In this document: positions 49,441-61,712 of the stretch, one piece after another
How the letters are laid out: each line of letters begins with the position of its first letter
Numbering within the stretch: the first letter of the stretch is position 1
Source of the DNA: Camelus dromedarius
Lineage: Eukaryota
Length of the DNA: 64,000 bases
Direction: 5' to 3'
NCBI RefSeq assembly: GCF_036321535.1
Contig: NC_087436.1
Span: 112,532,001-112,596,000, forward strand
Position numbers and translations under genes: made by a program
Notes under the pieces: generated by a model
Told to the model about the DNA's origin: nothing
The model's database searches: none
What the model saw: the letters and a program-made list of their open reading frames with translations, nothing else

Positions 49441-52059
49441 CACCAAACATTCTGAAGGTCCATCGACTGTGGATCTCTGGATAGGAATTTCCCCAGCATA
49501 ACTTTGATGATGTCCAGTTTGGGTTTCATTCATGTAACAAGAATGTGTGGTGTAAACTGAGCACTGATTTTTTTTCCCCTAGATTTTTATTGGTTTTTCT
49601 ATCTGGGCTTTTAGAGTTGCCTCCCCTACACTGAATTCAACAGCTCTTGTTCTTTTTAAAATTACTCCTCTTTACTGAGTTTTAAAAAGCATACCACTGA
49701 GAATTTGTATCAATCACTTTTGCTTTTGGAAGTCATGTTTTATCTGCTTACATAATATTTAATTCAGTTATGAAGTTGCATCCACAAGTACAATGAGCAG
49801 ACAGTGGTTTGGGTACACACACGAGAGACTCTGGGAGACTGTTCAGCTCAGCTAGTGCAAGAAGGGATGGAGGCAAACCCCCAAAAAAGCTGCTTCTGGT
49901 GATTATTCACAAAACACTGGAAGAGTGTACTTTGTCTGGACCACACACTTGTTGGGACAAAACTGGGCTTATCCAGATCTTGAATATTTGGTTATTCCTT
50001 TCCCAGTCATTATTGGGCAGCATCTAAATTTTTGCAGATTTTGCAGATTTCAGCCTTACTTCTTTTCCCTTTTTTTTTTTTTTTTGTTTAAATAACAAAT
50101 ACTAGATGCTGAAATACTATAAAAATAGCTCCAGGTCACACCTACTGTAAAATCTGATTCACATGTATGGGAACTAAATTTTTAACTTGATAGTGTTACA
50201 AACTCAATTTTTTAATGATTTTTTTGGAGGGGGAGGGTTTGGAAAAAGTAGAAGGGTATGTCAATAAAAGTACTTTGTTTAAAAGCTTTTTAATATTCTC
50301 TTAAAAATTCAAGTGTATTCCAAGTATACAGAGGAAAAAAAAAGTCCCCCTCCACTCACCTCCTGGTCCCACCTTCTGTCCCCGGTTGTGGGGAGGCCGT
50401 GCTCAACAGCTAAGCCTTCCTCTGTCATGTGGCAGAAAAAAATGGGGTGTAGTGGATTCACATTCTCACAGGAGTGTGTGTGCGATCACCTGGACCTTGG
50501 TGCCAACCAAAGGATGTAAATCAAACTATTCCTTTTAAACATCCTCAAGTCAACGTTCCTCAAACAATCAAAAGATGATAGTGGAGCTACGCTTTCCAGG
50601 AATGTCTTAGGGGAGGAGATGAGCCAGACACCCTGGGACTCCACAAGCCCCTCCACCCTACCCCCCCCCCCCCCCCGATTTACCAGTGGTGGCGACACAG
50701 ATGGCAGACCTGTCTCGGTCCCAGCGGCCCCCTCCCAGCCCCCGCCCATCATTAGGGAGCCCCTGGGCCCTGAGCCCTTATCCAACTTGCATCTTTGTCC
50801 GAGCTCCAGGAGACCCCAGAGGTCTCCCTTCTCCTGTGCAACCCGAGAGCCTGCTTCCTCTAGAGGAATTTGCAGTGATTGAAGGGCGGGCCTGCCCGTC
50901 GCAGGCTTGGCTGCTCGTTGCCTGACGATGAAATAGGATCCCCAGGCACAGACTGGTGTAAACATCTGGTTGGGGAAAGCTACAGGGGCCAGCCTGGTAC
51001 CAGATGTTTTCCCAAGAATCACTTCCTGTGCGCCGTTTTTCCGAGCTCTTTCCTTGAAGAGCAAGTCATTAATTCTAGTACAAGCTGATGTGTGCCAGTC
51101 CTGCCGGGTAGCCGCCCCAGTCAATTCAAGGACAACGGTGCAGTCCTGTGCTGACAGCTGAAATGAAGGGAAAACCGCACCAAGGGTGTTTGAACTGTGC
51201 TTTAAATCCAGGAAAGGGGGCTCACCCTCCAGAATACTGGATGATATAGTTGGAGGCAGGGGGAATATGTTTGATAAGTTCTAATAAACCCAGCTTGGCT
51301 TCCAAATGTCTGAAGCATCAATCCTTTTATTAAAAACCAAACTGAAGAGTTTAGTCACGTTGATGGAGGAGTTGAGCGGCAGAAGGTAGCGCTCCGTGAA
51401 ACGGAAAGGTTCAGGACCTGCCGCCTGAAGTGGTTGCTAAAATGCATTATCACCCAGGTCCTGAAGTCAGACAGACTCAGCGCTGCCACTCCAGAAGGAG
51501 ATACGGTGGCAACACAGATGGCAGACCCGTCTCGGTCCAAGACCTGAGGCAGTTGCATCGTCTGGGTCCCCAAATCCTCACCCACACCAGCCACAGGAAA
51601 CTATGAGCCGAGAAGTGGGTCAGTCATGTTCATCCAAGCCTCAAAGGACAGTGGACACACTTGACCAAACCAGGCTGCTGGGAGATGGGCTCGCTAAGTA
51701 CATTCTTCAGAGAAGCAACACTGACCTTGCAAGTGATAAACTCATTTAGTTCTGTCATTTTTGATGGAAATCTTTTCAAAAAGCATTTATCTGTCTGCCT
51801 TTTCGTTCAGCGCACACCAAACGTAAGTCAATTTTGGAGGTGGTTAAGGGCCATCATTTCAAGATTAGCGGTCCCCTGCCTTTGCGCTCGCTCGGCCCCA
51901 GGGGCTTGGCTGGAGGCTCCGCTGGTCGGGAGTTGCACTGACGATGGTGAGTCTTCCTGCTGGGTAACAGGGCGGCTCAGACAGCCTCTGCTGCAGCACC
52001 CCTCCGGGGCGTAATTATCCTATGGGGAACACAGCTGGCTTGTGCCAAGTCGTGGTTTG

Positions 52060-52467
52060 TCTTCTGTGTCTACAGTGGTACCTAGGGATTTAATGAGATG
52101 CTAATCTAGGTGTTGCTGTGAACGTATTTTGTAGATGTGGTTCACACCTACAGTAAGTTGACTGTCAGTGAGGGCGGTTACCCTCGATAATGTGGGTGGC
52201 CCTCATCTAATCAGCTGAAAGGTCTTCAGAGCAAAACTCGATTTCCACAGAAGAAATTCAGCCTCAGGACCGTAGCATCACTTCCTGCCTGAGTTTCCAG
52301 CCTGCCTGAGACCTCAGACTTAGTACCCATGGATCTTTTAAATCAGTCTCTCTCTCTCTCCCTGTTTCCCTCTCTCTCTCTTTCTCCTGCTGCCTCTGTC
52401 TCTTCCTCTATTTCTATCTCATCTCTTACACAGTTCTGTTTCTTCGGAGAACCTGATGTCTTAACAT
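52060..52467 (+). mobile_element. ERVL LTR (MLT2D-like)
   Basis: ctaatctaggtgttgctgtgaacgtattttgtagatgtg...ataatgtgggtggccctcatctaatcagctgaaagg...gttctgtttcttcggagaacc. Confidence 0.85.
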
Positions 52468-53693
52468 AGGCAGTTACTCCCAGCGTTTGGGGATGAGGGT
52501 GGGGAGCAGTGTGTAGTTGGATAAGAGTTTAGTTTAGCCCCTTCCCATTCCAGTCACTGAAGAATCAAATAAGCAAGATCTTCTCATTTTTCGTGAGGCA
52601 GAGTTTGTGGTCACCAAGTTCTTTCTCTGAAGTACCTATCTCTGTGTAGGTGGTGCCATCCTGTGAGCCCATCTGAGTCATTATCATCTACCCTAAGCGT
52701 GTGGTTTAGAGATGCGGTGGTGGGCACAGGTCTACCTCTAAATAAGCAAGGAGCTTCCTTTTACCTTGGGTTCTATCTTAACTCACATCCGTTCTAACCA
52801 GAGGACTCACACCCAAAAAAGGACCTCAGCTTTTCGTCAAATGCTGGTCAAATGCATGTGTATTTATTTGCTTTAAGTTAAAATAAAATGTCTAAGGCAT
52901 GAGTCCCTTTTTATTTTTCCACCAGCCTATCAGCTGTCAGAGCTGATCACGTCTGCTACGCCGATGTAAGGTAGATTCAGACATTTTCTATGCAGTGAGT
53001 TGGCTCCTTAAACGTTTTTCCTGATAAAAAATAAACTGAGTCAAATTATTCAAATAACCAGAGGTTTCCTAATTTCTTTGAATTAATGAGATTTTCCTGC
53101 CAAGAGAAGAAACCAGTCTCATTTTAGAAATTGGAATCAGGACGTTCTAAAGCATATAAACAAACCTTAGAAAACCTAGATGGATGAGAGAAGACAAGAT
53201 TCAACTAACAGCAGTGGGGTACCTATGTCTGGAATCCAAGACCCTTTCCCCATGGGGCTCTAGGGAGAGGGCTGGGGGCCACATTCAAATCATGTAAATG
53301 CTAACATTTTCACCAACTACCTTTGCATCTTGGTTGAAATCTGCATCCTCCTCCAGAAAGAACAGTCTAGACCTAGAAGCTGGTGCTCACGACCAGCTTT
53401 ACCAGCCATCCTGTGCACCTAACTCTTGGAGAGGGTACCACCATCTTACACCCATTTAGTCTTAACCTTTTGTCTGATGCCTGTTTCCCAGGATAAAACT
53501 GTTACCTGAGAGCATGTTACGTACATATGTTAGCAGTAGAGACGTGCTTGAATCTGTGGCTTGAACTGATTGGGAACACACGCTTTGTAGACTAGGAGAA
53601 TTCAGGCAGTAGTGAAGCTTTTGAAAGGCTTGTGGATCTGTGGATGACAGCTCAGGTTGTGCAGACCCGCGGATAAGAAGCAGGCAGGAAGAG

Positions 53694-54215
53694 TTTTTTC
53701 TTTTTAGTATTTTGTATCTTTTTTTAATTGTCTATAGTTGATTTACGATATTATATTAGTTTCATGTGTACAACACTGTGATTTAATACTTTTATAGCTT
53801 ACACTCCATTTAAAGTTATTAAAATAAAGGCTGTATTTCCCTGGGCTGTACAGTATATCACTGTTGCTTTTTGATTTTATACATAATAGTTTGTACCTCT
53901 TAATCCCCTACCTCTATCTTGCCCCTCCCCACTTCCCTTTCCCTGCTGGTAATCAGTAGTTTGTTTTCTATATCTGTGAGTCTCTTTCTATTTTGTTACA
54001 TACATTTCTTTTATTTTTTAGATTCCACATAAAAGTGGCAACTTAGAGTATTTGTCTTTCTCTGTCTGATTTATTCCACTAAACATAATACGTTCTAGGT
54101 CCATCCACATTCTCGCAAATGGCAGAAATTCATTCTTTTTTATGGCTGAGTAAAATTCCTTTATATAGATTGCATATGTATATAAATATAAATATATATA
54201 TATATATTTGTGGTG

Positions 54216-54246
<31 letters not shown>

Positions 54247-54251
54247 CACAT
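53694..54251 (-). mobile_element. L1 3' end with (TA)n expansion
   Basis: tatagttgatttacgatattatattagtttca...tttagattccacat...cattcttttttatggctgagt. Flanks share aggaagag (53686-53693 and 54252-54259). Confidence 0.9.
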
Positions 54252-54549
54252 AGGAAGAGGGCTTATTTGAGGTATACTGCATAGCATTTTGTAGTGATTT
54301 TTCTGGGTTCAAATACCATTTCATGCATTCTTTTGTGAATACAGAAATTCCGATTTTTGAATGAAGATGTCTTTTGAATCCTGGTTTACCTTAGTGCTAA
54401 TTCTCAGTCTCCTATATTATGTGTATGTTACACCTGCTCCTGAGAAAAATGGGTTAGTTTTTATTTGGCCAAATCTGGCAGATGAGGCTGTTGTTAGAGG
54501 ATGCTTGCAGTGGGAAAATGTTGGGGGTCTTAATTGGCTAAGGCTTTTT

Positions 54550-54900
54550 TAGTTAGGGCAAGTGACACCGTCTGCTATAACAAACAAGCCCAAATTTCAG
54601 TGAAAAATGCTTCTCTCTCACAGCTCCATCCAGTGGAGAAGTGATGGAGTGGGGGAGGGCCAGGGCATTCTACTTAATGGTTCCGCCATCCTGTTGGGCT
54701 TTGTGTTTCTCTACTGGCTCCTCCAGTGGGTGATGCGTAGATGGATAAAGAGGGTACATGAGGTTTTAGAGGAGGTTTTAGACGCCAGGTGTGGAAGTGG
54801 TGGGATATATGTCTGCCCACATTCCAGTGGCCAGAACTCAAGGCTCAGGGCCCCCACCTAACTTCAGGAGGGCTGACCGAGGAGAGCAAGGTGACACATG
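54550..54900 (-). mobile_element. Old MaLR LTR (MLT1I/J-like)
   Basis: tagttaggg...ctgctataacaaacaagcccaaatttcagtg...tctgcccacattccagtggccagaactca...cacctaact. Confidence 0.7.
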
Positions 54901-56789
54901 GTTCTGCTGGGTGCTCAATCGGGCCACAAGCTGAAGGACAGGAGAGGGCAGAGCAGTGAAGGTGGTGGGGTACAAGGGTGATGGTGAAGGATGCCAACCT
55001 TCACATGTTAGTGTCTTACAAACCAACCATGCCCTGAACACTTCTCTCAGGGCGAAATGCCTCTCGCTCTTCCGCACCCCACATCATGCTAGCACAGCCA
55101 AGACATTACCATTTTTCAGACTGTCCAGGTTGGTGTTTTACCTGGACTTGTCAGGCATTCCACGTGGTCTGCCTGCCTGGATCCCATCCCCACAGGAATT
55201 TGTCCTGATGGGGACAGTTGTCAAATTGATTCTTAGGAGGCTGTGGAAAGTCTTTTGTGCCTGGAAAGAAACACTTAGAGTTGTGTTTTGAGTCATATTT
55301 AATTTACTAAAGTTATACATTTACAACCCTAGTGTTTGTAGGACTTTAAATTGAATTTGAGTATCATTTTTATTTACTTATAAAACTCATAGCTTTAGCA
55401 AAAACGTGAATAATCTCTTTCACTTCGACCAGTGTTGATTTCATGCACAAATTGGCAGATTAAGTCGCTCTCTGTACAGAGACCCCCACACCATGTGAGT
55501 TTAAGATGGTGCCACTGGGGGTCAATGAGGGACGCTGTGGGTGTCTCCAAGGGGGGCACGTAACACTATTTATGCTCTTAGTTAATCACATTTCCAAGTA
55601 AACACTTTAATTCCCCGAGAGGGCTGACTCTGCTCCAGGGCTGTGTGTGTGTATGTGTGTAATTTTTATTAGTAAGAATTCTGAGTACAATAGCAAATTT
55701 AACCTGACATTTAGGAAAAAAAAGTGATTCATCCTATAAGGTTTGTTCATAAAGAAAAACCTATTCTGTGCATTTTATTCTCCAGTTTTAATGCTTACAC
55801 CACAATGCTTCTAAGTCTATAACTTAATTTTAGGCTTAATGTTAATAATCCTACATTATTGCATCTGGTCAAAGAGACTAGAAACCCTCAGGTAGAAATG
55901 AAAATAACCTGAATATAAAACTTGACTGAAAAGCTTTAAAAAAAAGCGTTTTAAAACAATACAGCTTAAAATTAGAATACTTTTGGTAGATAAATTTAGC
56001 AGCTATGAACAAAATTAACATTTCATAATATTTTATCAAGAACTACATTACAGTAATATTGTTTTACATATAGGAGAATGATTTGCCTATTTATATCAAA
56101 TATAAAAATCTCTTTATCAAAAAAAATTTTTAATATAGTTTAGCACTTTGGGGCGATTTTGTTCCCAAAAAAATGGCAGGAACAGAATTTAGAAGATGAA
56201 AGGTGGGGTATATTTTTTAAATCAGAGACCTAACCGATAAGTCTTGTCAAATAGATCCTATGAGCAAAATCTTTCCAAGAGCCCTTCAGTTTGTCACAAA
56301 TCTGATACATCAACTGCCAAGACAGATGCAAAGGACTGGGCTGCAGCAGAATGAATGTGACACTTGTGAACCACCGAGAGTGGGGGGCAAAGTTGGACAC
56401 CAGTCCTTCCACAGGCTTTCTGAGATGGACTGTAATTGATTCCAAGTTCTCCCCTGCGATGAACCTATTAAAACTGCGATAGAATCTCCGGGAGTGAGGT
56501 CCTGTGGGTTCCCAGATGACGTGTGAGCAGCAGCAAGTTAATGCCAGGACTTTTCAAGGAAAGATGCTTGGGTTTTGTGTTCTACAGGCATCCCTGATGT
56601 TCACTCACCCTGATTAAAAGCCGCTTAGTCAGAGATACACAGGGAAGCCAAGGAAAAAAACGATGTGTGGCGCTGAGCATTGAGGGCTGCTCATTGTGTG
56701 TTCCTGTGCCTGGGCATGCTGGGAAGGAGAGAGGGATAAGGAAACAGAGGCCCTGGGGCTTTGGGGAAATGGCATTGCTCCAGGGTGAG

Positions 56790-57068
56790 CTGGAGCACTT
56801 GAACTGTAGCTGGTCTGATCTGAGATGCGCTGAAGGGCATCTACACGGGCTCCTGAACACTTAGTAGCAAAGTAAGACTGTAAAATAGCTTGGTAATATT
56901 TATATTGATTGCATGTTGAAATAATACTATTTTGCATATATTTGGAGTTAAGTAAAACATGTTAAAATTAATTTTAAATTAACTAATCACCTTTTTAAAT
57001 GTGGCTACTAGGAAATTTGAAACTACTTATACAACTTGCAGTATATTTCTGTAAAACAGTGTTGTTCT
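56790..57068. mobile_element. MER33 (hAT-Charlie) relic
   Basis: gagcacttgaa...tatattgattgcatgttgaaataatactattttgcatata...tttttaaatgtggctactaggaaattt. Confidence 0.85.
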
Positions 57069-58560
57069 GGACTGCAGGAAGGGAGACCACCTCTGCTCCA
57101 CAGTCTTGGGGTGGGTTTTTGGCCAGCATGGCCAGGATCAGCCTTGGCAGGATGTCAGGGGCAGCTGGCAGCCAATGGACAGGGAGCAGCCACCAATGAG
57201 TGTTGTCACTAGGTGTAGCTAAGACCGTGCCTGGGACACTCAGGACCACGAGAATCCCAGAAGGACTCGGGAGGGGCCGGGGGTCCTCAAGCAAACTGAT
57301 GGGAGCATCTGTTTGATATGGAGGAATGTCACTGTTTCACAGAGGTTGCCGATGGTGCATAATCCATGTTCTCCTGTATTGGCTCACCTCCAGAGAGCTC
57401 TATAGAACAACACCTGTTACGTGTGTGCAACTGACGAAAGCAAAGAGACTGGTTCACCATTGGAGGACACTCGTGGGGCTAGGCAGCCTCAGGCTCCTTC
57501 CTGCCCTTGGGTTGCCCCTGAGGAGCCTTCAAGAAACTCTAGGGTTCCCAGGGTACCTACCAGCTTGAAAATCCCTATTCCTGCAGCACGTCCTTTACAG
57601 ATGTGTTCCATGTATTTGCTCTGTGCAGGTGGGAAGCTGTGTTCCAGAAGGCCCATAAGAAAGCTTGTTTTGTTTACTGGCCAGTAAATCTGAACGTCTC
57701 TGCTTTATAAAAGGGTTCACCGTGGGCTTTCCTCCCCCCTCCCACAGTAGAACACTTTGGAAGTGATCATACAGGATACAGTCATAGCATCCCAGAACCT
57801 CATTCCTGGGGCAGGAGACAGTGTGCAGTGTGCGAGGGGCCCGCAGCAGGGGAACAAAGACCTGTGCCTGGGTCTGGCCTCAAATCCACAAATCACTGCT
57901 TTTAGACAAATCACCCTCCCTATCTGGGCATCACTGTGCCATGGCATTACTAGATAGGTGAATCAGGATACGAGGTAGCTCCTGACCTACTGAGAATTTT
58001 AAAACTCCCCAAATAAACATGCATAGAAAAGTCCAATTTTGCTTAGCATCGCAGGGTTTTCAGTGCACTGCTTGGAGATGGGAAGGGAGAGACAGCTCAT
58101 GTTAAGAACTCTTGGGTTAAGTTATTGTAAGATTCCTTTCCTTTCTAAAATATCATGTAAATGTGGAATTATTAAAGAATAAATTAAGCTTGTGGTTCTA
58201 AATTATTAAGAATTAGTGATTTCAATGTAACATTTTATCAGCGAGTATTAATGAGGAGTTATGTGGTTTGCTGGTTCATATTGAGGTGTGTTGTGAGAAA
58301 CTGAAAACTTAAAAATAGCAACCCTCCAGTTCTGCCATTGGCAAAATAGTAGGTCAAAAATATTTGTCCTCCATTCATTTGCTTCTAGCTAGAACCTCAT
58401 TAGCTCAATTATTCACCTACATTAAGAAATAGGAATAAAGTTATAAGAATATTATATGAAGGTGCAATCGTTTGTGAACATACATAGGCCTTTATTTTCT
58501 AAATATGCATTTTACATTTTTATTGAAAAAGTGATTTTGTTTTGTGGCTTTTCTTCCCAG

Positions 58561-58616
58561 ATATTATAAGAAAAATTCTACAGAAGAAATTTGACTTCTC
58601 AAAGGACTATGATAAG
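58561..58616 (+). CDS. PROM1: Prominin-1 second coding exon (56 nt)
   Basis: Acceptor ttttcttcccag|, donor AAG|gtaatt. The phase-1 join gives (D)IIRKILQKKFDFSKDYDK versus human DTLRKFLQKAYESKIDYDK. Length equals human c.221-276. Confidence 0.96.
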
Positions 58617-60374
58617 GTAATTTTTATTGATGTATTTGTTATAAAAAATAAGGATGAGCAAAATTTTGACTCACTTGAAAGTAAATCTTTAAACAACCTG
58701 TTATTTAAGAATTTAGTAACCTTTCTGGCTGAGTTTTATGGACTGTGGAAATGCCTTATAAATACTATTTGAACTGCAGCAAAAATTTCGAAAGTTAACA
58801 CTTGCAGAAACATTCATCTTTCAAGCTGTATGTTGTTGAGAAACTAAAATTTCCTTAAAGGAAGTCTTAATGCTACTTTTTTAGCTAAGGAGAGAATACT
58901 CCGTGACTGCATGAATTGTTCGACCATCCCTAGAAACAGGGATGTGTACTTGTAACATATGCATGTGTATTTGTAGGGGGAAAATAATTAATTCCGACCA
59001 GAAGCTCTTCTGCAAGGAGGTGACTTTGCGACTTGTAAAAAAGATAAGCAGGGCTGGAGCGAGTGGGGAGGTGGCTTTCCAGGCAGTGGGGACCACGGGA
59101 GCAGAGGACGAGGTGTGAGGAGGAAGCCCATGGGCCAAACCGATGGATGAGCTGGGGCCAGTTCAGGGGAGGGCCTTGAAGGCCTCGCTCAGATAAGTGT
59201 GCAGTATTTGCAGAAAGTATCCAGGTACCTTGCATGTCTCTACTTAATACCAAGGTGCTGCTAATTCACTCCGTTTGCTTCTAGGATTAACTTAACAGAA
59301 GAATGTGTTCTTTCGATTCTGGCTGATGATGAGTGTAGATTGCCAGGGAAACAAACAGATGAATGTTTGTTGCATTGAAGGTTAGGATAATAAAAAAAAA
59401 AGTTGAATCTGTTTGTCAAGCTCTTAGTCCTACAGGGTCAGACACCTTGTTCCTCCTCTCCTGGTATGAAGGTGTCATCAAGACAACAGTAAAAGTACCA
59501 GTGGACATCCTTTAATGGCCAGCACAACAAATGTGAATGACAGTGTCCCCAGTGGATGTGAAGGCAGTGCGTCCACCAGGAAGGCTGGTGAAGTCTTTTC
59601 CAGAGGTGGTAACAACGGCTGTGTATCCTCAGTTTGCAATATAATGATATTCAAGAGAAAGTAAATGTAGAAGCCAAAGAGGAAAGCCTCGTCCCTAAGC
59701 CATTTACACACATCAAAGAGGATGAGCCAGTCGCTCCCTGGTGCCAACAACTGTTCTTAGTACCGTGGAAAGCAGCTTCATTCTTGAATGCCACTGGCTT
59801 CATTTATATCTTCCAAACATGTTTGTCCTTCTCTCTGGGCAGAATAAAATGATTGTAGCTTTTATATTTATATTAAAAATTAGCATGCCATTAGCAGTCC
59901 AGCCTGAATGCCAGTTAGTTCTGCCAAAAAATGGGTGGGGCAGGAGGCTGTGCTTTTTCTGTGTCCAAGCCTTGGAGGACCAGGTCCTTAGACCCTGAGG
60001 CGACTCTGAACAGCCTGTCCAGCATGAGCTCGAGTTGGCTGCCACTGTCCATGGCAGGATTCTTAGTTGGACCAGTCCTTTGTGGTTGGCTTGGTATTAG
60101 ACCTGGAGTTCCTGTAAAATCGGGGACCCCCCGCTAGTTCCTGATTTCCTTTCCATCTTAGGATAGTGGATAAAAACTTTTGGGGTGGAGGTGAAGTGAG
60201 GAAAGGAGACAGAACTGGGCCCACTTGAATGAACTGAATCCTACCTTAGATGTGGAATCGGGTCACATTTTCCTGATAGCTAAGGAAGAGGGACTTGGTT
60301 AAGCAGAGGCACCGAAGAAGCCAGGTCCCCTTGGGAGGGGAGCTTTCTGATTGGTGTTAGTCAGATAAATGCTG

Positions 60375-60827
60375 GGTACATTGAGTCTGTGTCCCCCAAA
60401 GCGGACCCAGAGTCAGGGATTCCAGGGCAAGTCATTTATGCGGGAGGTGCTGGGAGCACTGGTTGGGAGGTGGGAGGTGACCCAGGGGAGGAAGGGTCAC
60501 TATAGAGGATGTGCCATTCCACCACCTGCCCCAGGGGACGACAGAGCTCATCCTGTGGAGGAGATGCAAGACACCCTGTAGGACACCAGCCTCCGGATTA
60601 GCCCAAGGGAGGGTCAGAGAGCTGAGGTATCTATACTCCAAGACCCAAGAGGCACTGGTTAAGGGCTGCTGGGGGTGGGGGACAGTGCTAATCCCTCTGA
60701 CCCCTGACCTCCCACGGCTCCTGAAGATGCCTTCGAGCACAGATGGCAGCAGTAGGAAGTCTGAGGAGGCACACTGGCATGGTTAAGGCTGGGGAACATG
60801 GGTGGACACCAACAGCATCTCCTATAC
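60375..60827 (-). mobile_element. ERVL solo LTR (LTR16-like)
   Basis: ccccaaagcggacccagagtcagggattccagggcaagtcatttatgcgggaggtg...gagagctgaggtatctatac...caccaacagcatctcctata. Confidence 0.7.
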
Positions 60828-61345
60828 TGGCCGGTGCCCACTGGCTCTAATACGTGCAGTGGGACAGGTGAGATCTGTCCAGGTGAGTGGCCGTCGGGGG
60901 TCCCCTAAGCTGTCCTTGTTCTGAGCTCAGTCTCACCTCCTGGTGAGCCTTGGGGGGCCGAGGAGCCTGGGCTGAGAGTCAGCGATCCTCTGCCGGGCGC
61001 TCTTTTTATGAGCTTTCCTCATGAGGAAGTTAGGAAGCAGTCAGCCGTACAGACCTCTTGTTCCAAGGGGTGGGCCTGACTTTGGAAGGGAAATGGGACT
61101 CCTTTTCCCAGACCCACCCGCTTCCTCCACTTCAGCTGAGTGTGAGAAGTAGTACTTCAGGATTCTGGGCCTCTTCTACTCCCATTTTCTCTCTTTTGTG
61201 TAATGTATTCATTTAATCAGTATTAAGGGAGTACTCACTGGAGGCCATGCATGGTAGGGGTGCAGATGTGTGGAAGGATGGTCTTTATCCAAGAATCTGC
61301 GGCTGGTGAAAGGAGGCAGTGGGGTAAGACATGTAGATGCGTGGA

Positions 61346-61712
61346 TGTCATGGGCTGAACTGTGCCCAAAACGCGTATGTTGACGTCCTAATCCTCTGTA
61401 CCTCAGAATGGGATTGCATTTAGAGATGAGGTCTTTAGAGGAGTAATGAAGTTAAAATGGGGTCATTAATCCACTCTGACTGGGATCCTTACAAGAAGAG
61501 GCAATTAGGACACACACACAGAGAAAAGAGCATCTGAAGACATAGGAAGCAGATGGCCACCTGCAAGCCAAGGGGAGAGGTCTTAGAAACTAACCCGGTC
61601 AACACCTTGATCTTAGACTTTCCGGCCTCCAGGACTGTGAGAAAATAAACTTCTGTTGTTTAAGCCACCAAGTGAGTGGTACTTGTTACGGCAGCCCTAG
61701 ACGACTGACACA
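61346..61712 (+). mobile_element. MaLR solo LTR (MLT1B-like)
   Basis: TGtcatgggctgaactgtg...gcctccaggactgtgagaaaataaacttctgttgtttaagccacc...gcagccctag...CA. 5-bp flanks gtgga/gtaga. Confidence 0.92.

Noticed and set aside
50486..51124. 212-aa minus-strand ORF
   Set aside because: TTG start, poly-Gly derived from a C homopolymer, no recognisable homology and no supporting gene structure.
50688..51538. CRISPR-like repeat or CTCF pair interpretation of the 34-bp repeat
   Set aside because: Only two copies 817 bp apart in mammalian DNA with no cas genes. The bases 5' of AGATGGCAG do not fit the CTCF CCASY core.
50060..52030. Possible processed pseudogene (poly-T followed by UTR-like sequence)
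   Set aside because: No minus-strand AATAAA next to the T-run, no TSD found and no coding homology recognised.
58542..58772. 76-aa ORF overlapping the 56-nt exon
   Set aside because: Only 58561-58616 matches prominin-1. The rest is intronic read-through from a non-ATG start.
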